Shown here piece after piece: positions 33,926-41,533 of a stretch of DNA of 45,983 nt. The stretch is from a virus, in IMG/VR virus record IMGVR_UViG_3300044980_000021, positions 1 to 45,983 of that record. The stretch is one strand, 5' to 3'. Position numbers and translations under genes: made by a program. The notes beneath the pieces are model-generated. The model worked only from the letters and a program-made list of their open reading frames with translations, was not told the origin of the DNA and did not search any database. Position 1 is the first letter of the stretch. Every line of letters begins with the position of its first letter.

Positions 33926-34371
33926 GCAATCGCCCTCAATATCACATCTATCGCGCTTCCATCCTTCACCATCGCAGAGCTGAAAGCAAGCGTCCTGTAG
34001 CCCGCCAATACAGCCTCGTTCTGTTTCTCGAAGTCTCGTTCCTGACCTGATCCGCGGGAGTGAGCACCATGTACCCAGATGCCGCCGTGAATCTCTATGG
34101 CAAGCGTTCCGATAACAAAGTCCCAGCGCCATTTGCGGCCGGCAATGAGAGGCACTTCGCGCTCAAAATCTATGCCGTGCGCCCTGAGTTGCAAATCCAG
34201 CGTTTCTTCCGCTTCGCTCTTTGCTTTCGGAGCATACATTCTGTGACCGCCTACCCTGGGACTTCTCATGAAAATAAATCTCCTGAAGTCTCGATTTTCT
34301 CTTCTTTTTGCGGCCTTGGTTTCTCTGCGCATATTAGGCAATACTGCCGCCTTCCGTCTGCTATCTTCCAC
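33922..34371 (-). CDS. Vsr/DUF559-like PD-(D/E)xK-fold endonuclease, up to 149 aa (start uncertain: GTG 34371, ATG 34269 or ATG 34239)
   Basis: LDLQLRAHGIDFEREVPLIAGRKWRWDFVIGTLAIEIHGGIWVHGAHSRGSGQERDFEKQNEAVLAGYRTLAF matches the widespread phage Vsr-like nuclease pattern. Confidence 0.6.
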   Translation of the reverse strand: MEDSRRKAAVLPNMRRETKAAKRRENRDFRRFIFMRSPRVGGHRMYAPKAKSEAEETLDLQLRAHGIDFEREVPLIAGRKWRWDFVIGTLAIEIHGGIWVHGAHSRGSGQERDFEKQNEAVLAGYRTLAFSSAMVKDGSAIDVILRAIA

Positions 34372-34441
34372 ATTGTCTCTTTCATGCAGCGTGGGCAGAA
34401 AATAGCGGCCTCAATGGTTCCCTTAGTGAAATGGTGAGGCA

Positions 34442-34663
34442 TTATCGTATCCCCCTGATAAGCAATCTGCGGGCGCTGTCGTCGTAGCAGCGATCTAAAA
34501 TGTCCATGAATTTCTGCGTGAACTTGCGCCGAAGATGCTCTGAGTTCTCCAAGCCGAACTGAATTGCATACGTGGCTCGCCTGTCATCTACATGCCGGTG
34601 TCTCAGTGTGTTTGCGCTTACCGCAGATGCACAGCGCAGGGCTATTTCCTGTGAGTGTTTCAT
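34442..34663 (-). CDS. Small protein, 73 aa
   Basis: Start moved to ATG 34663 (ATGA overlap with the upstream stop). Confidence 0.55.
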   Translation of the reverse strand: MKHSQEIALRCASAVSANTLRHRHVDDRRATYAIQFGLENSEHLRRKFTQKFMDILDRCYDDSARRLLIRGIR

Positions 34664-34839
34664 GCTGTCCTCCGGCAATCCTTGCATTGATCCTCATGAG
34701 CGTGGCGGAGTTTCTGTAAATCGAGAGCATATTGGGCTAAATTAGCTAATTCCTCATCATCCATTCTGCCCGATTCAATAGTCACAACTCCCCTTGCGTA
34801 GTACTCGTGCATTTTCATCATCGTTCCTAGTCCGCACAT
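34660..34839 (-). CDS. Small protein, 59 aa
   Basis: Start moved to ATG 34839, 2 nt after the dnaB stop, with a GAGGGG SD. Confidence 0.5.
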   Translation of the reverse strand: MCGLGTMMKMHEYYARGVVTIESGRMDDEELANLAQYALDLQKLRHAHEDQCKDCRRTA

Positions 34840-34841
34840 AA

Positions 34842-36152
34842 TCACCCCTCGTATCGGTCTGTAAAGCCGCCCCAATTTTCAGCCTTAATTCCAAATGGCT
34901 TAAGTTGCTGAAGTTCTCTCATTTTTCCGAGAAAGCAGTAGTCCTCTCCGGTGTAAATCTTGTTATCTCGCGTCCTGTGCAGCATCAGGATCATTTGCGC
35001 CGCCTGCTCGAAGGCCGAGCTGCCCAAAATATCCTCAATGTCCGGGTAACGGTTGAGGTCGTTCGGTGGCGATCTGCGGAGCTGTGCAAGGGCTAATGTC
35101 CGGCAATAATCCCTCGCAATGTGCCTTAACGTCTCCGCTTGCTTCGGCGCTGCCTCGATAATCGAACGGGAACGGGGCACCATGAGGAGTTGAGCATAGT
35201 CAACGATGATCAGGTCCGCTTTCCATCTCCGAGCCGCCAGAACAGCCCTGGAGCGAAAATCAGAGATTGTCACTTCGTGTGTGTCGTCGATCATCAGCGG
35301 CATGTCTGCCAGTTCTTCCTGAGCATCCCGTATGGCTTGCCGGTAAACCGGACCCAAACACCGGGGATCGCGCATCGCCGCCACAGGGACTTTCGCCATC
35401 AAACGCCAGATGCGCCGAAGGATAGGCGTCCGCTTCATTTCAAGCGACTGAAGGTAAACTCTCTTTCCCCCTCGCAGGTTCTTCAGCGCGATTTGTAAAG
35501 CCGCTTCCGTCTTGCCTTGGCCTGGCCGCGCCGCCAATAAGCAAAGCTCCCCTTCCATCAAGCCTGCAGTGCAGCCGTCAATGTCGGGTGTCAGCAACGG
35601 ACAACCGAGAATTCCACTCATGGGCGCATTGGCATCGCGCTCAAACTTGGCAGATTCATCACTCAGAAATTCGGAGACTTCTTTACCCCGCCCATTCTCC
35701 CGGTAGGTTCCCTGAAGTTCCAACTCTGTAGCGCCTAAAACTTCCTGAGCAGACTCGCCTTGGTCTGCGGCCCTGTAGTAAGCATTCCGAGCAATGGTCA
35801 TGATACGGCGCGCCATGCTCTTATCGCGCACGATCCGCGTATAGTCGGCAGTTGCAGGGCGGCGCGGCATTCCCTCTTCCATCGACATAAGGTAGGTGGC
35901 TCCCCCGATGGATTCAAGCCATTTGCGCCGCTTTAGCTCTTGTAGAATAGTCACACTATCGACGCTGTGACCTGCATCCATCAATTCCACGATGACAATC
36001 CAGAGACGCTTATGCGAGTCAAGCGAGAAATCATCCGCTCCTAGACCACCCTCGGTGACTTCATAAAATGCCCGGTTGTCCCCCATCACCGCGGCGATCA
36101 GAACCTTTTCCGCGTGAATGTTGGCGGGCAATGAAACCATGTCATCAATCAT
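34842..36152 (-). CDS. dnaB: Replicative DNA helicase, DnaB family, 436 aa
   Basis: DnaB-type N-domain (HAEKVLIAAVMGDN), Walker A AARPGQGKTE and Walker B-like LIIVDYAQLL. ATGA-coupled to the initiator gene. Confidence 0.9.
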   Translation of the reverse strand: MIDDMVSLPANIHAEKVLIAAVMGDNRAFYEVTEGGLGADDFSLDSHKRLWIVIVELMDAGHSVDSVTILQELKRRKWLESIGGATYLMSMEEGMPRRPATADYTRIVRDKSMARRIMTIARNAYYRAADQGESAQEVLGATELELQGTYRENGRGKEVSEFLSDESAKFERDANAPMSGILGCPLLTPDIDGCTAGLMEGELCLLAARPGQGKTEAALQIALKNLRGGKRVYLQSLEMKRTPILRRIWRLMAKVPVAAMRDPRCLGPVYRQAIRDAQEELADMPLMIDDTHEVTISDFRSRAVLAARRWKADLIIVDYAQLLMVPRSRSIIEAAPKQAETLRHIARDYCRTLALAQLRRSPPNDLNRYPDIEDILGSSAFEQAAQMILMLHRTRDNKIYTGEDYCFLGKMRELQQLKPFGIKAENWGGFTDRYEG

Positions 36153-36988
36153 GCGATGGCTCCAGGTCCGCTTATGGGCATCTTGAGTATCTGCGGCTTA
36201 GGCTGAGAGTTTTTAGCTTCAATGGGTTTTCCGAATTGGTCTAATGGGCCAGCGGCGTAGTTGTGGACGTATCCCATCCAACGCCCCGGCCTCTCGGCGT
36301 GATTCACCAGAGATTTAAAGCGATTACGAAGCAATGACCTCATGCGCTCGCCGTCCATCTTCGGGTCTGAACCTAACAGCATCCCTAGAGCTTTCCCCTC
36401 TTGACCATTCCAAGGAGGTTCGTTGCCGTTGTTCTTCGAGCGGTAATAGTCGAAGATTGCGTTTTTGCAACCAAGGTGCCTTGGATCTGAAGAGTGTTTC
36501 ATTCCATCATCCGAAGCGCTCTTTTTGCGCGTCTTCGGAGAAGAGTCTTTTGTATTTGTTTCTGTAGTTGTTACTGTTAGTGTTCTTGTGTCGGCTGAGC
36601 GATTCGCTACCTCATCGGTCACCGATCGGTCACCGATAGACCACCGAACAGTGTTCGTTCGCTTAGCGCTCGATTGACGAGCCTCATAAATTTTTCTGGC
36701 TTCATCCCATTCGATTTTAAGTATATGATTAAAAAGACGATCATCAGGACCTCTACCGAATTTGCGAAGAATCCTATCGCCGTGAATAGACCACAACTCA
36801 TCTCCTAGTCCGCTTAATTCTGAAAGGATCTCATCGTCTCCGGGAATGGTGCAATCGTCAGATTGCCAGCAGCAAGACAAAAGATATAAATACCCTATGC
36901 GAGCTGCCGGGGGCATAGCCTGAACTGCTGGGCTGGCTTTGAAACGGTCGATATGGAATGGCATCCATTGTTGCCATTTAGCTGGCAT
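36149..36988 (-). CDS. DUF1376/YdaU-type replication initiation / helicase-loading protein, 279 aa
   Basis: WMPFHIDRFKASPAVQAMPPAARIGYLYLLSCCWQSDDCTIPGDDEILSELSG matches the DUF1376 N-domain. Directly upstream of dnaB. Confidence 0.6.
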   Translation of the reverse strand: MPAKWQQWMPFHIDRFKASPAVQAMPPAARIGYLYLLSCCWQSDDCTIPGDDEILSELSGLGDELWSIHGDRILRKFGRGPDDRLFNHILKIEWDEARKIYEARQSSAKRTNTVRWSIGDRSVTDEVANRSADTRTLTVTTTETNTKDSSPKTRKKSASDDGMKHSSDPRHLGCKNAIFDYYRSKNNGNEPPWNGQEGKALGMLLGSDPKMDGERMRSLLRNRFKSLVNHAERPGRWMGYVHNYAAGPLDQFGKPIEAKNSQPKPQILKMPISGPGAIA

Positions 36989-37106
36989 TTAATCCCCTTC
37001 CTACAAAGGCGGTGGAGCGGAAGGTGTAGGCCCTCCGCTCACCTAACCCCAGTGATCAAGCTGGGGCTGAAAATCACGCAGGCGCAGTGATTACTACTAT
37101 TCTACC

Positions 37107-37877
37107 CTAAAACCCTTCTAAGGCAATAGAGCGGTTCAGCATTTCGTTCAGGTCGGCCATTGCTTCTGCCTCGCTTGCCACATAATGCACAACCGGATTT
37201 CCCGTCACATCCCAGACTGTAGGCGGCAGTCCAAGCTTGGATATCATCGCCTCTACTTCGTCGTTCATCTTGATGGCTTCGGCCTCCAGTTCCGCGATCC
37301 GGGCGCTGTCCTTGTCCACCATGCGGATGAGGTTGCGGATGGACTCAGGTTGACGAGAATCCCTCGCGTGGAAAATTCCATGCTCCCTGTTGTCGCAGCA
37401 TCGAATCTGCCATTGAATCTGGTCGTAGTGATCCTCTGGAACCGTATCGGAAAAGTACCATTCCAGGAATGTGGTGCTTTCGGGATTCTTTGCTTCGTAT
37501 ACAGCCTGCGGCAAAAGAGCGTCAGGGCTTGCCCCTGCCCAATCGTAGACCGGATGCAGTACAAACCCTATCGGCATCAACATCTCGCCCGTAGCAAGCT
37601 CATAGGCGCGTTTCGCTTCTTCCTCAGCTTCAATTCCCCACTCCATCGCAGGAGTTACGTAGTGGTTCTTGCGGCGCTTCGTGATGCGCTCGGAAAGTAG
37701 TTCAAAACGGTAGTTACGACGCGCTGCGGATTCCTTTCCCTGTGTAATGCCTTCTTTCTTCTGTGCTGCGGTAGGTTGGTTGTAAGCCATGAGGTCTTTC
37801 ATGCGGCTGGCGGATATGCGGCCTATCTTGTGCTCCGTCCAAAGATCGCCTTGTTGTGATCCAGGTAGCTCTCTCAT
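37107..37877 (-). CDS. YqaJ / lambda-Exo-type recombination exonuclease, 256 aa
   Basis: Motifs GRISASRMKDLMAY, WGIEAEEEAKRAYE and GASPDALL...VYEAKNP. Confidence 0.8.
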   Translation of the reverse strand: MRELPGSQQGDLWTEHKIGRISASRMKDLMAYNQPTAAQKKEGITQGKESAARRNYRFELLSERITKRRKNHYVTPAMEWGIEAEEEAKRAYELATGEMLMPIGFVLHPVYDWAGASPDALLPQAVYEAKNPESTTFLEWYFSDTVPEDHYDQIQWQIRCCDNREHGIFHARDSRQPESIRNLIRMVDKDSARIAELEAEAIKMNDEVEAMISKLGLPPTVWDVTGNPVVHYVASEAEAMADLNEMLNRSIALEGF

Positions 37878-38010
37878 GACTCACCTCTCACTGCCACCTG
37901 TATGGCAAGAGCAATTCTTTGGGCTTGTGGGTCACACGCGGGCATGATTGAAAGCGCCCAAGAAATCAACTGGAAAGCCGCTCCCATTCGGAAATCTATC
38001 ATCCCCTGTT

Positions 38011-38802
38011 TCACGCCTTGAACCCCTTCGCCCGCCATATCGCATTTTTCTTGGCCGTGAACCTCTTCGCTGCGGAATCATCTTTGTCGGCCCGGTTGAT
38101 AGCCTTTTTGTAACTTTCCTTCAGCTCCTCTGGGTTGGAAGACTCTTCCATCTTCGCCTCAAGGTCGCAAATATCGGATTCGCTCATCAAATCCTGCGGG
38201 GAAACCTTGTCCTCAGAACCGTCTTTATCTATTCCTTTTGGGACAATTCCGCACGTCGCAAGGAAGGTGTACCTTTCCAGATAGGAGGTTGACGATCCCA
38301 CGCCCTGTATTGGATTCTTTCCACCGCTCTGGTCCGCTGGTCCGGCCAAAGAAGCTCCTTCCTCTTCATAGCCAAGCTTATGTCGCAAATAGCAAGTAAC
38401 GCGAGTACGATCCCCAGGCAAATCGGAGGACTTCCAGCGATGAGTAATGTCCACCTTGAGAAGGGCGGGGATGAGTAAATCGCAGGCCTTGTCTAATTCT
38501 ACGTGCCAGTAATTTGTTTCTCCCCCGGTCTTGTTCGTGAAATTCACATGCTTGGTTTTGAGAATCTTCGGAGCATCATCCTTAAACTTCTTGAACGCTA
38601 TCGCGAAGGCCACTTTCGCTTCTCGGTCAAGCTTCTCCCACTCGAAACGATCTCTGTTTTGCCGTAGCGTCTCCCATTTGGTTTCGAGTTCCACGATCTG
38701 CTTTGCGATCTCGATTGCCGCTTGTGGATCGTTCACCTTGCGCGACAACTCAGCAAGCAAATCCATACCAGATGGACGCTGCACCGCCAACTCATTTTCC
38801 AT
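38011..38802 (-). CDS. erf: ERF-family single-strand annealing protein, 263 aa
   Basis: Start moved to ATG 38802 (GGAGGG SD). GKNPIQGVGSSTSYLERYTFLATCGIVPKGIDKDGSE parallels the conserved P22 Erf core (QVTGATSSYARKYCLNGLFGIDD). Paired with the exonuclease gene. Confidence 0.7.
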   Translation of the reverse strand: MENELAVQRPSGMDLLAELSRKVNDPQAAIEIAKQIVELETKWETLRQNRDRFEWEKLDREAKVAFAIAFKKFKDDAPKILKTKHVNFTNKTGGETNYWHVELDKACDLLIPALLKVDITHRWKSSDLPGDRTRVTCYLRHKLGYEEEGASLAGPADQSGGKNPIQGVGSSTSYLERYTFLATCGIVPKGIDKDGSEDKVSPQDLMSESDICDLEAKMEESSNPEELKESYKKAINRADKDDSAAKRFTAKKNAIWRAKGFKA

Positions 38803-38845
38803 GATGGCCCTCCGCCAACCGTATATCGCTGCCCATATCTCCCTC

Positions 38846-39232
38846 TCAAAAAGGTAAATCTTGCGTTTCTGTGGTATCGGCAGCAATCTCGATGATTTCC
38901 TTGATTGAACCATTGCCGCCAATTTCCCCTGTTATTTCCGTTTCCGTGCAAGGGTTTATAGCAAACACTGCGGCCAAACCTACAATCCTACTCTTGCCGG
39001 GGATTGCAGACTTGCGCACTTTGGAGCCAACTGGAAGGTACTGGATCTGGGGTTCGTACACTCTCACGCCGCACATCAGAATCACTTCCCGCTCAGGAAT
39101 AGCAGGAGTTTCGATATGAAACATGGCTTGATTACCAAAATACTTCGTGGTGACATATCCAAGTTCCCGCGTATGGCCGAATAACTCAACCACCGCCCAT
39201 CCTTCAACCGTTGAATACTGCGGTTCTGACAT
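38846..39232 (-). CDS. Early protein, unknown function, 128 aa
   Basis: GGGAG SD. Uninterrupted ORF upstream of erf. Confidence 0.65.
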   Translation of the reverse strand: MSEPQYSTVEGWAVVELFGHTRELGYVTTKYFGNQAMFHIETPAIPEREVILMCGVRVYEPQIQYLPVGSKVRKSAIPGKSRIVGLAAVFAINPCTETEITGEIGGNGSIKEIIEIAADTTETQDLPF

Positions 39233-39430
39233 ATCTCCCTCTCATAACTACAAAGCTTTGCGCGGGCCGGGCTTGATACCGGCTATCCCAGTTAACCTCC
39301 GATTGATTACGGAGTACCGTTAGCTAGTTGGCCTGCATTTCTGCTACCAACGGACGCACTGGGGAATCTCACGGTGCCAACGCGTGTCCAATCCACGCCG
39401 CCGCGCATTCCAGCACTCTCGTGCCAGAAG

Positions 39431-39676
39431 TTAAGACTTGGATTTAGGTTGTACCAGATATTGCCTAGACAAATTCTCCATCGCGTAAAGCACCTCATGC
39501 ACGTCTCTCTGATTAACTCCAGAAGAATGAGAAATGAGTAGTTTGATAGCTTTGAAGTTGAGCCCAGATCGCAATAATGCACTGGTAGCGTTGGAAATCT
39601 TGACGATAGACTGCGCAATCACCTGGGCAGCTACTTCCTCTTCGCCTGGTTTCTGTACCACATTTACCTTGCTCAT
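39431..39676 (-). CDS. Small early protein, 81 aa
   Basis: Start moved to ATG 39676 (GGAG SD, ATGA overlap with the upstream stop). Confidence 0.6.
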   Translation of the reverse strand: MSKVNVVQKPGEEEVAAQVIAQSIVKISNATSALLRSGLNFKAIKLLISHSSGVNQRDVHEVLYAMENLSRQYLVQPKSKS

Positions 39677-39903
39677 TTCACTCCATTCCACAGCGCATCA
39701 AAGCTGCGCAGCCATCCCGATACAGGGCAGCAGTCCTTATGGCCAGTTGGGTCTTCAGGGTGCGAGGTCATGCAGCCGCAGATGCAGCGGTATAGATTGC
39801 CCTCAAGAACGTAGAAGTAGCGCATCATGGTGTTGCCTGCAAATCCGGCTACGGTTACCAGGTCGCGGATATCGGGCTTAGTCTTCATCTGAAACAGCGG
39901 CAT
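39673..39903 (-). CDS. Small Cys-rich protein, 76 aa
   Basis: Start moved to ATG 39903 (GAGGAGG SD). Contains CICGC...CC Cys clusters. Confidence 0.6.
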   Translation of the reverse strand: MPLFQMKTKPDIRDLVTVAGFAGNTMMRYFYVLEGNLYRCICGCMTSHPEDPTGHKDCCPVSGWLRSFDALWNGVK

Positions 39904-40111
39904 CGTCTTCCTCCTCAAGAAGACCGCAAATGCAATTATGAAATGATGAATTACATGTGTAACACCAATCATCATCCTCATCGCAAATGCACGGAAACTT
40001 CTCGCAATGCGCGCATATTTCATCTTCGCCCTCTGCGCTGTACGGACCCATCGCCGAGAATTGGCTATCGAACCTATCCCAGCGGTCCCTCATGGCGTCT
40101 TCTGCGTACAT
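39878..40111 (-). CDS. Highly acidic Cys-rich (double CxxC/CxC) small protein, 77 aa
   Basis: GGAGGG SD. 23 Asp/Glu against 4 Arg/Lys. Eight Cys arranged CxxC..CxC..CxxC..CxC. Confidence 0.7.
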   Translation of the reverse strand: MYAEDAMRDRWDRFDSQFSAMGPYSAEGEDEICAHCEKFPCICDEDDDWCYTCNSSFHNCICGLLEEEDDAAVSDED

Positions 40112-40120
40112 GGTGCCCTC

Positions 40121-40294
40121 CTAGGATTCTCTCAGTTTGGCGGTAACAAGAATGTCCAACTCTTTCTCGATGTGCTGTCGGGCGTGCATCAGGTAGTACC
40201 CCTCAGCTCCATATGTCCTATCCAGCTTGATCTGCGTGCTTGTAATTAATGCGCACGCTTCCGAAAGAGACGCTATCAAATCTTCGGGCTCCAT
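40121..40294 (-). CDS. First gene of the leftward early operon, 57 aa (below ORF-track cut-off)
   Basis: Hand translation gives MEPEDLIASLSEACALITSTQIKLDRTYGAEGYYLMHARQHIEKELDILVTAKLRES. GGGAGAGA SD. The stop lies 9 nt before the next start. Confidence 0.55.
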   Translation of the reverse strand: MEPEDLIASLSEACALITSTQIKLDRTYGAEGYYLMHARQHIEKELDILVTAKLRES

Positions 40295-40320
40295 TCTCTC
40301 CCTCTCAATGCAGCGTTGCT

Positions 40321-40339
40321 GCGTATGAACAACATACGC
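40321..40339. promoter_or_regulatory. Perfect inverted repeat, candidate operator
   Basis: GCGTATG-aacaa-CATACGC lies in the divergent region and overlaps the -10 of the candidate leftward promoter. Confidence 0.45.
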
Positions 40340-40360
40340 GCAGATTATTTCGCTTGTCTA
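40331..40360 (-). promoter_or_regulatory. Candidate leftward early promoter
   Basis: On the minus strand: TAGACA (40360..40355), 18 nt, TATGTT (40336..40331), upstream of the 57-aa gene. Confidence 0.3.
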
Positions 40361-40385
40361 CATAAATTTTCATCTTTTTTTATGC

Positions 40386-40415
40386 TTGACGTGCACACTG
40401 GATTCGTGGGACTAT
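40386..40415 (+). promoter_or_regulatory. Candidate rightward promoter, leaderless geometry
   Basis: TTGACG (40386..40391), 18 nt, GACTAT (40410..40415), 6 nt, ATG 40422. There is no SD. Confidence 0.4.
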
Positions 40416-40421
40416 TGGCGC

Positions 40422-40577
40422 ATGGGAAATAAAGACGCAGTTCGCACGGGCATCAACTTAACGGCAGCGGACAAGCAAATCATCCGCAGGCTGCAAAGAC
40501 AATTCGAGGCCGAACATGGAAAACAGACAGTAACTGGAGTGATTCGCATTTCCATAAGGAAGGCAGTAGAACAATGA
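40422..40577 (+). CDS. Ribbon-helix-helix regulator, 51 aa
   Basis: Start moved from TTG 40386 to ATG 40422. MGNKDAVRTGINLTAADKQIIRRLQRQFEAEHGKQTVTGVIRISIRKAVEQ has a CopG/Arc-like pattern. Confidence 0.65.
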   Translation: MGNKDAVRTGINLTAADKQIIRRLQRQFEAEHGKQTVTGVIRISIRKAVEQ

Positions 40578-40927
40578 AAATAAGCGACTTTCCAAATGTG
40601 TGCTGCGTGTATTTTCTTCTTGAGGATGGCGTTTGCGTTTATGTGGGTTCAACCTATCACCTCAGAGAGCGGCTTAATGGCCACAAATTAAGAGATGGCG
40701 TTATCTCCGGAAAATTCACTGTTGCCTGGTGGGAAATGTCCGAAGAGGTAGCGCGCGGGATGGAAGCGCAATTTATTTGCGCATTACTTCCCAAATTCAA
40801 TAAGGTAATTCCACGAAAAAGCAATCATGGGGCGTGTGGCTGGCATCCTCATGATAAAAGCTCTATAAAAGTCTGGATAGACTACCATAATAGTCTTCCA
40901 AAAAGGTATCGGTATATCAATGTATAA
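40574..40927 (+). CDS. Stand-alone GIY-YIG nuclease-domain protein, 117 aa
   Basis: CVYFLLEDGVCVYVGSTYHLRERLNGH...EAQFICALLPKFN fits the GIY-YIG pattern, and no NUMOD or other DNA-binding extension is present. ATGA-coupled to the RHH gene. Confidence 0.7.
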   Translation: MKISDFPNVCCVYFLLEDGVCVYVGSTYHLRERLNGHKLRDGVISGKFTVAWWEMSEEVARGMEAQFICALLPKFNKVIPRKSNHGACGWHPHDKSSIKVWIDYHNSLPKRYRYINV

Positions 40928-40990
40928 GGTGGCGTTCTATCAGATTTCCGGCATTCGACTGACTGACGGACTCGTGGAGGTTGATAAGAA

Positions 40991-41227
40991 ATGACTATTG
41001 CGGTCTGTACCGTAGCCTTTCTTATCGTCGCCTACGCAGCCTTCCGCATACTCGCGCACTGGTCTTGTAGCGATATTGGCATTCACGAAGATCAGCCAGT
41101 GTTTGAGCGCCAATGGCGGCGCAAGGCCGGAAGGTGGTTCTGCAAAACGTTCCACCGGCACGTGATTGCGGACGGCTACAAGCGTTGCACTGTACGTGGC
41201 TGCGGCGAGATGTGGCGGCTTAAATGA
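40991..41227 (+). CDS. Small membrane-anchored Cys/His-rich protein, 78 aa
   Basis: GGAGG SD. N-terminal TM segment TIAVCTVAFLIVAYAAFRIL. Confidence 0.65.
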   Translation: MTIAVCTVAFLIVAYAAFRILAHWSCSDIGIHEDQPVFERQWRRKAGRWFCKTFHRHVIADGYKRCTVRGCGEMWRLK

Positions 41228-41334
41228 GCAGGAAAGAACTAATCTGTATCGTGTTTCACCGCATATTTCATCGCAAGATAATTTACCCCCGGATTTGGAT
41301 GTGCGAGAAGTGCGGCAGGAAATGGATTCGGTAG
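41224..41334 (+). CDS. Possible 36-aa basic peptide
   Basis: ATGA overlap with the upstream stop. Sequence MSRKELICIVFHRIFHRKIIYPRIWMCEKCGRKWIR. It competes with the TTG-initiated 60-aa ORF 41166..41348 in another frame. Confidence 0.3.
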   Translation: MSRKELICIVFHRIFHRKIIYPRIWMCEKCGRKWIR

Positions 41335-41344
41335 GAGAGAATAC

Positions 41345-41533
41345 ATGAAGTTTTCGGAAAATGTAGGGCGCTTCATGATGCTTATATCTGCAATAGCTTT
41401 ACGCTGGCTTATTGTGCAGTGTGTATGGGCGGTAGTGCGAGGAACGCCGGATAGGAAAGCGGATCTTGTGTGCATGGTAGTCGCGGTACTCTGGATACTT
41501 TCAGACATGCTGATTTTGGAGGTCAAGCGATGA
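41345..41533 (+). CDS. Small membrane protein (2 TM), 62 aa
   Basis: AGGAGAG SD. Hydrophobic stretches FMMLISAIALRWLIVQCVWAVV and LVCMVVAVLWILSDMLIL. Confidence 0.65.
   Translation: MKFSENVGRFMMLISAIALRWLIVQCVWAVVRGTPDRKADLVCMVVAVLWILSDMLILEVKR

Noticed and set aside
37874-38002. 42-aa minus-strand ORF filling the erf-exonuclease spacer (stop forms ATGA with the exonuclease start)
   Set aside because: The SD-like GGGG abuts the ATG with no spacing, and the sequence shows no clear features. It is mentioned in a finding but not called as a feature.
39233-39430. Possible tRNA or long-range structured RNA (7-nt complementary ends TGCGCGG/CCGCGCA at 39259..39265 and 39401..39407)
   Set aside because: No T-loop or anticodon-arm geometry fits, and the segment is ~150 nt. 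A single 7-bp complement within 200 nt is expected by chance. The gap is kept only as a low-interest unexplained region.
41166-41348. 60-aa TTG-initiated ORF from the track
   Set aside because: Its start lies 60 nt inside the preceding gene and has no SD. An alternative 36-aa ATGA-coupled ORF (41224..41334) occupies the same space. Neither is well supported, so only the latter is listed, at low confidence.
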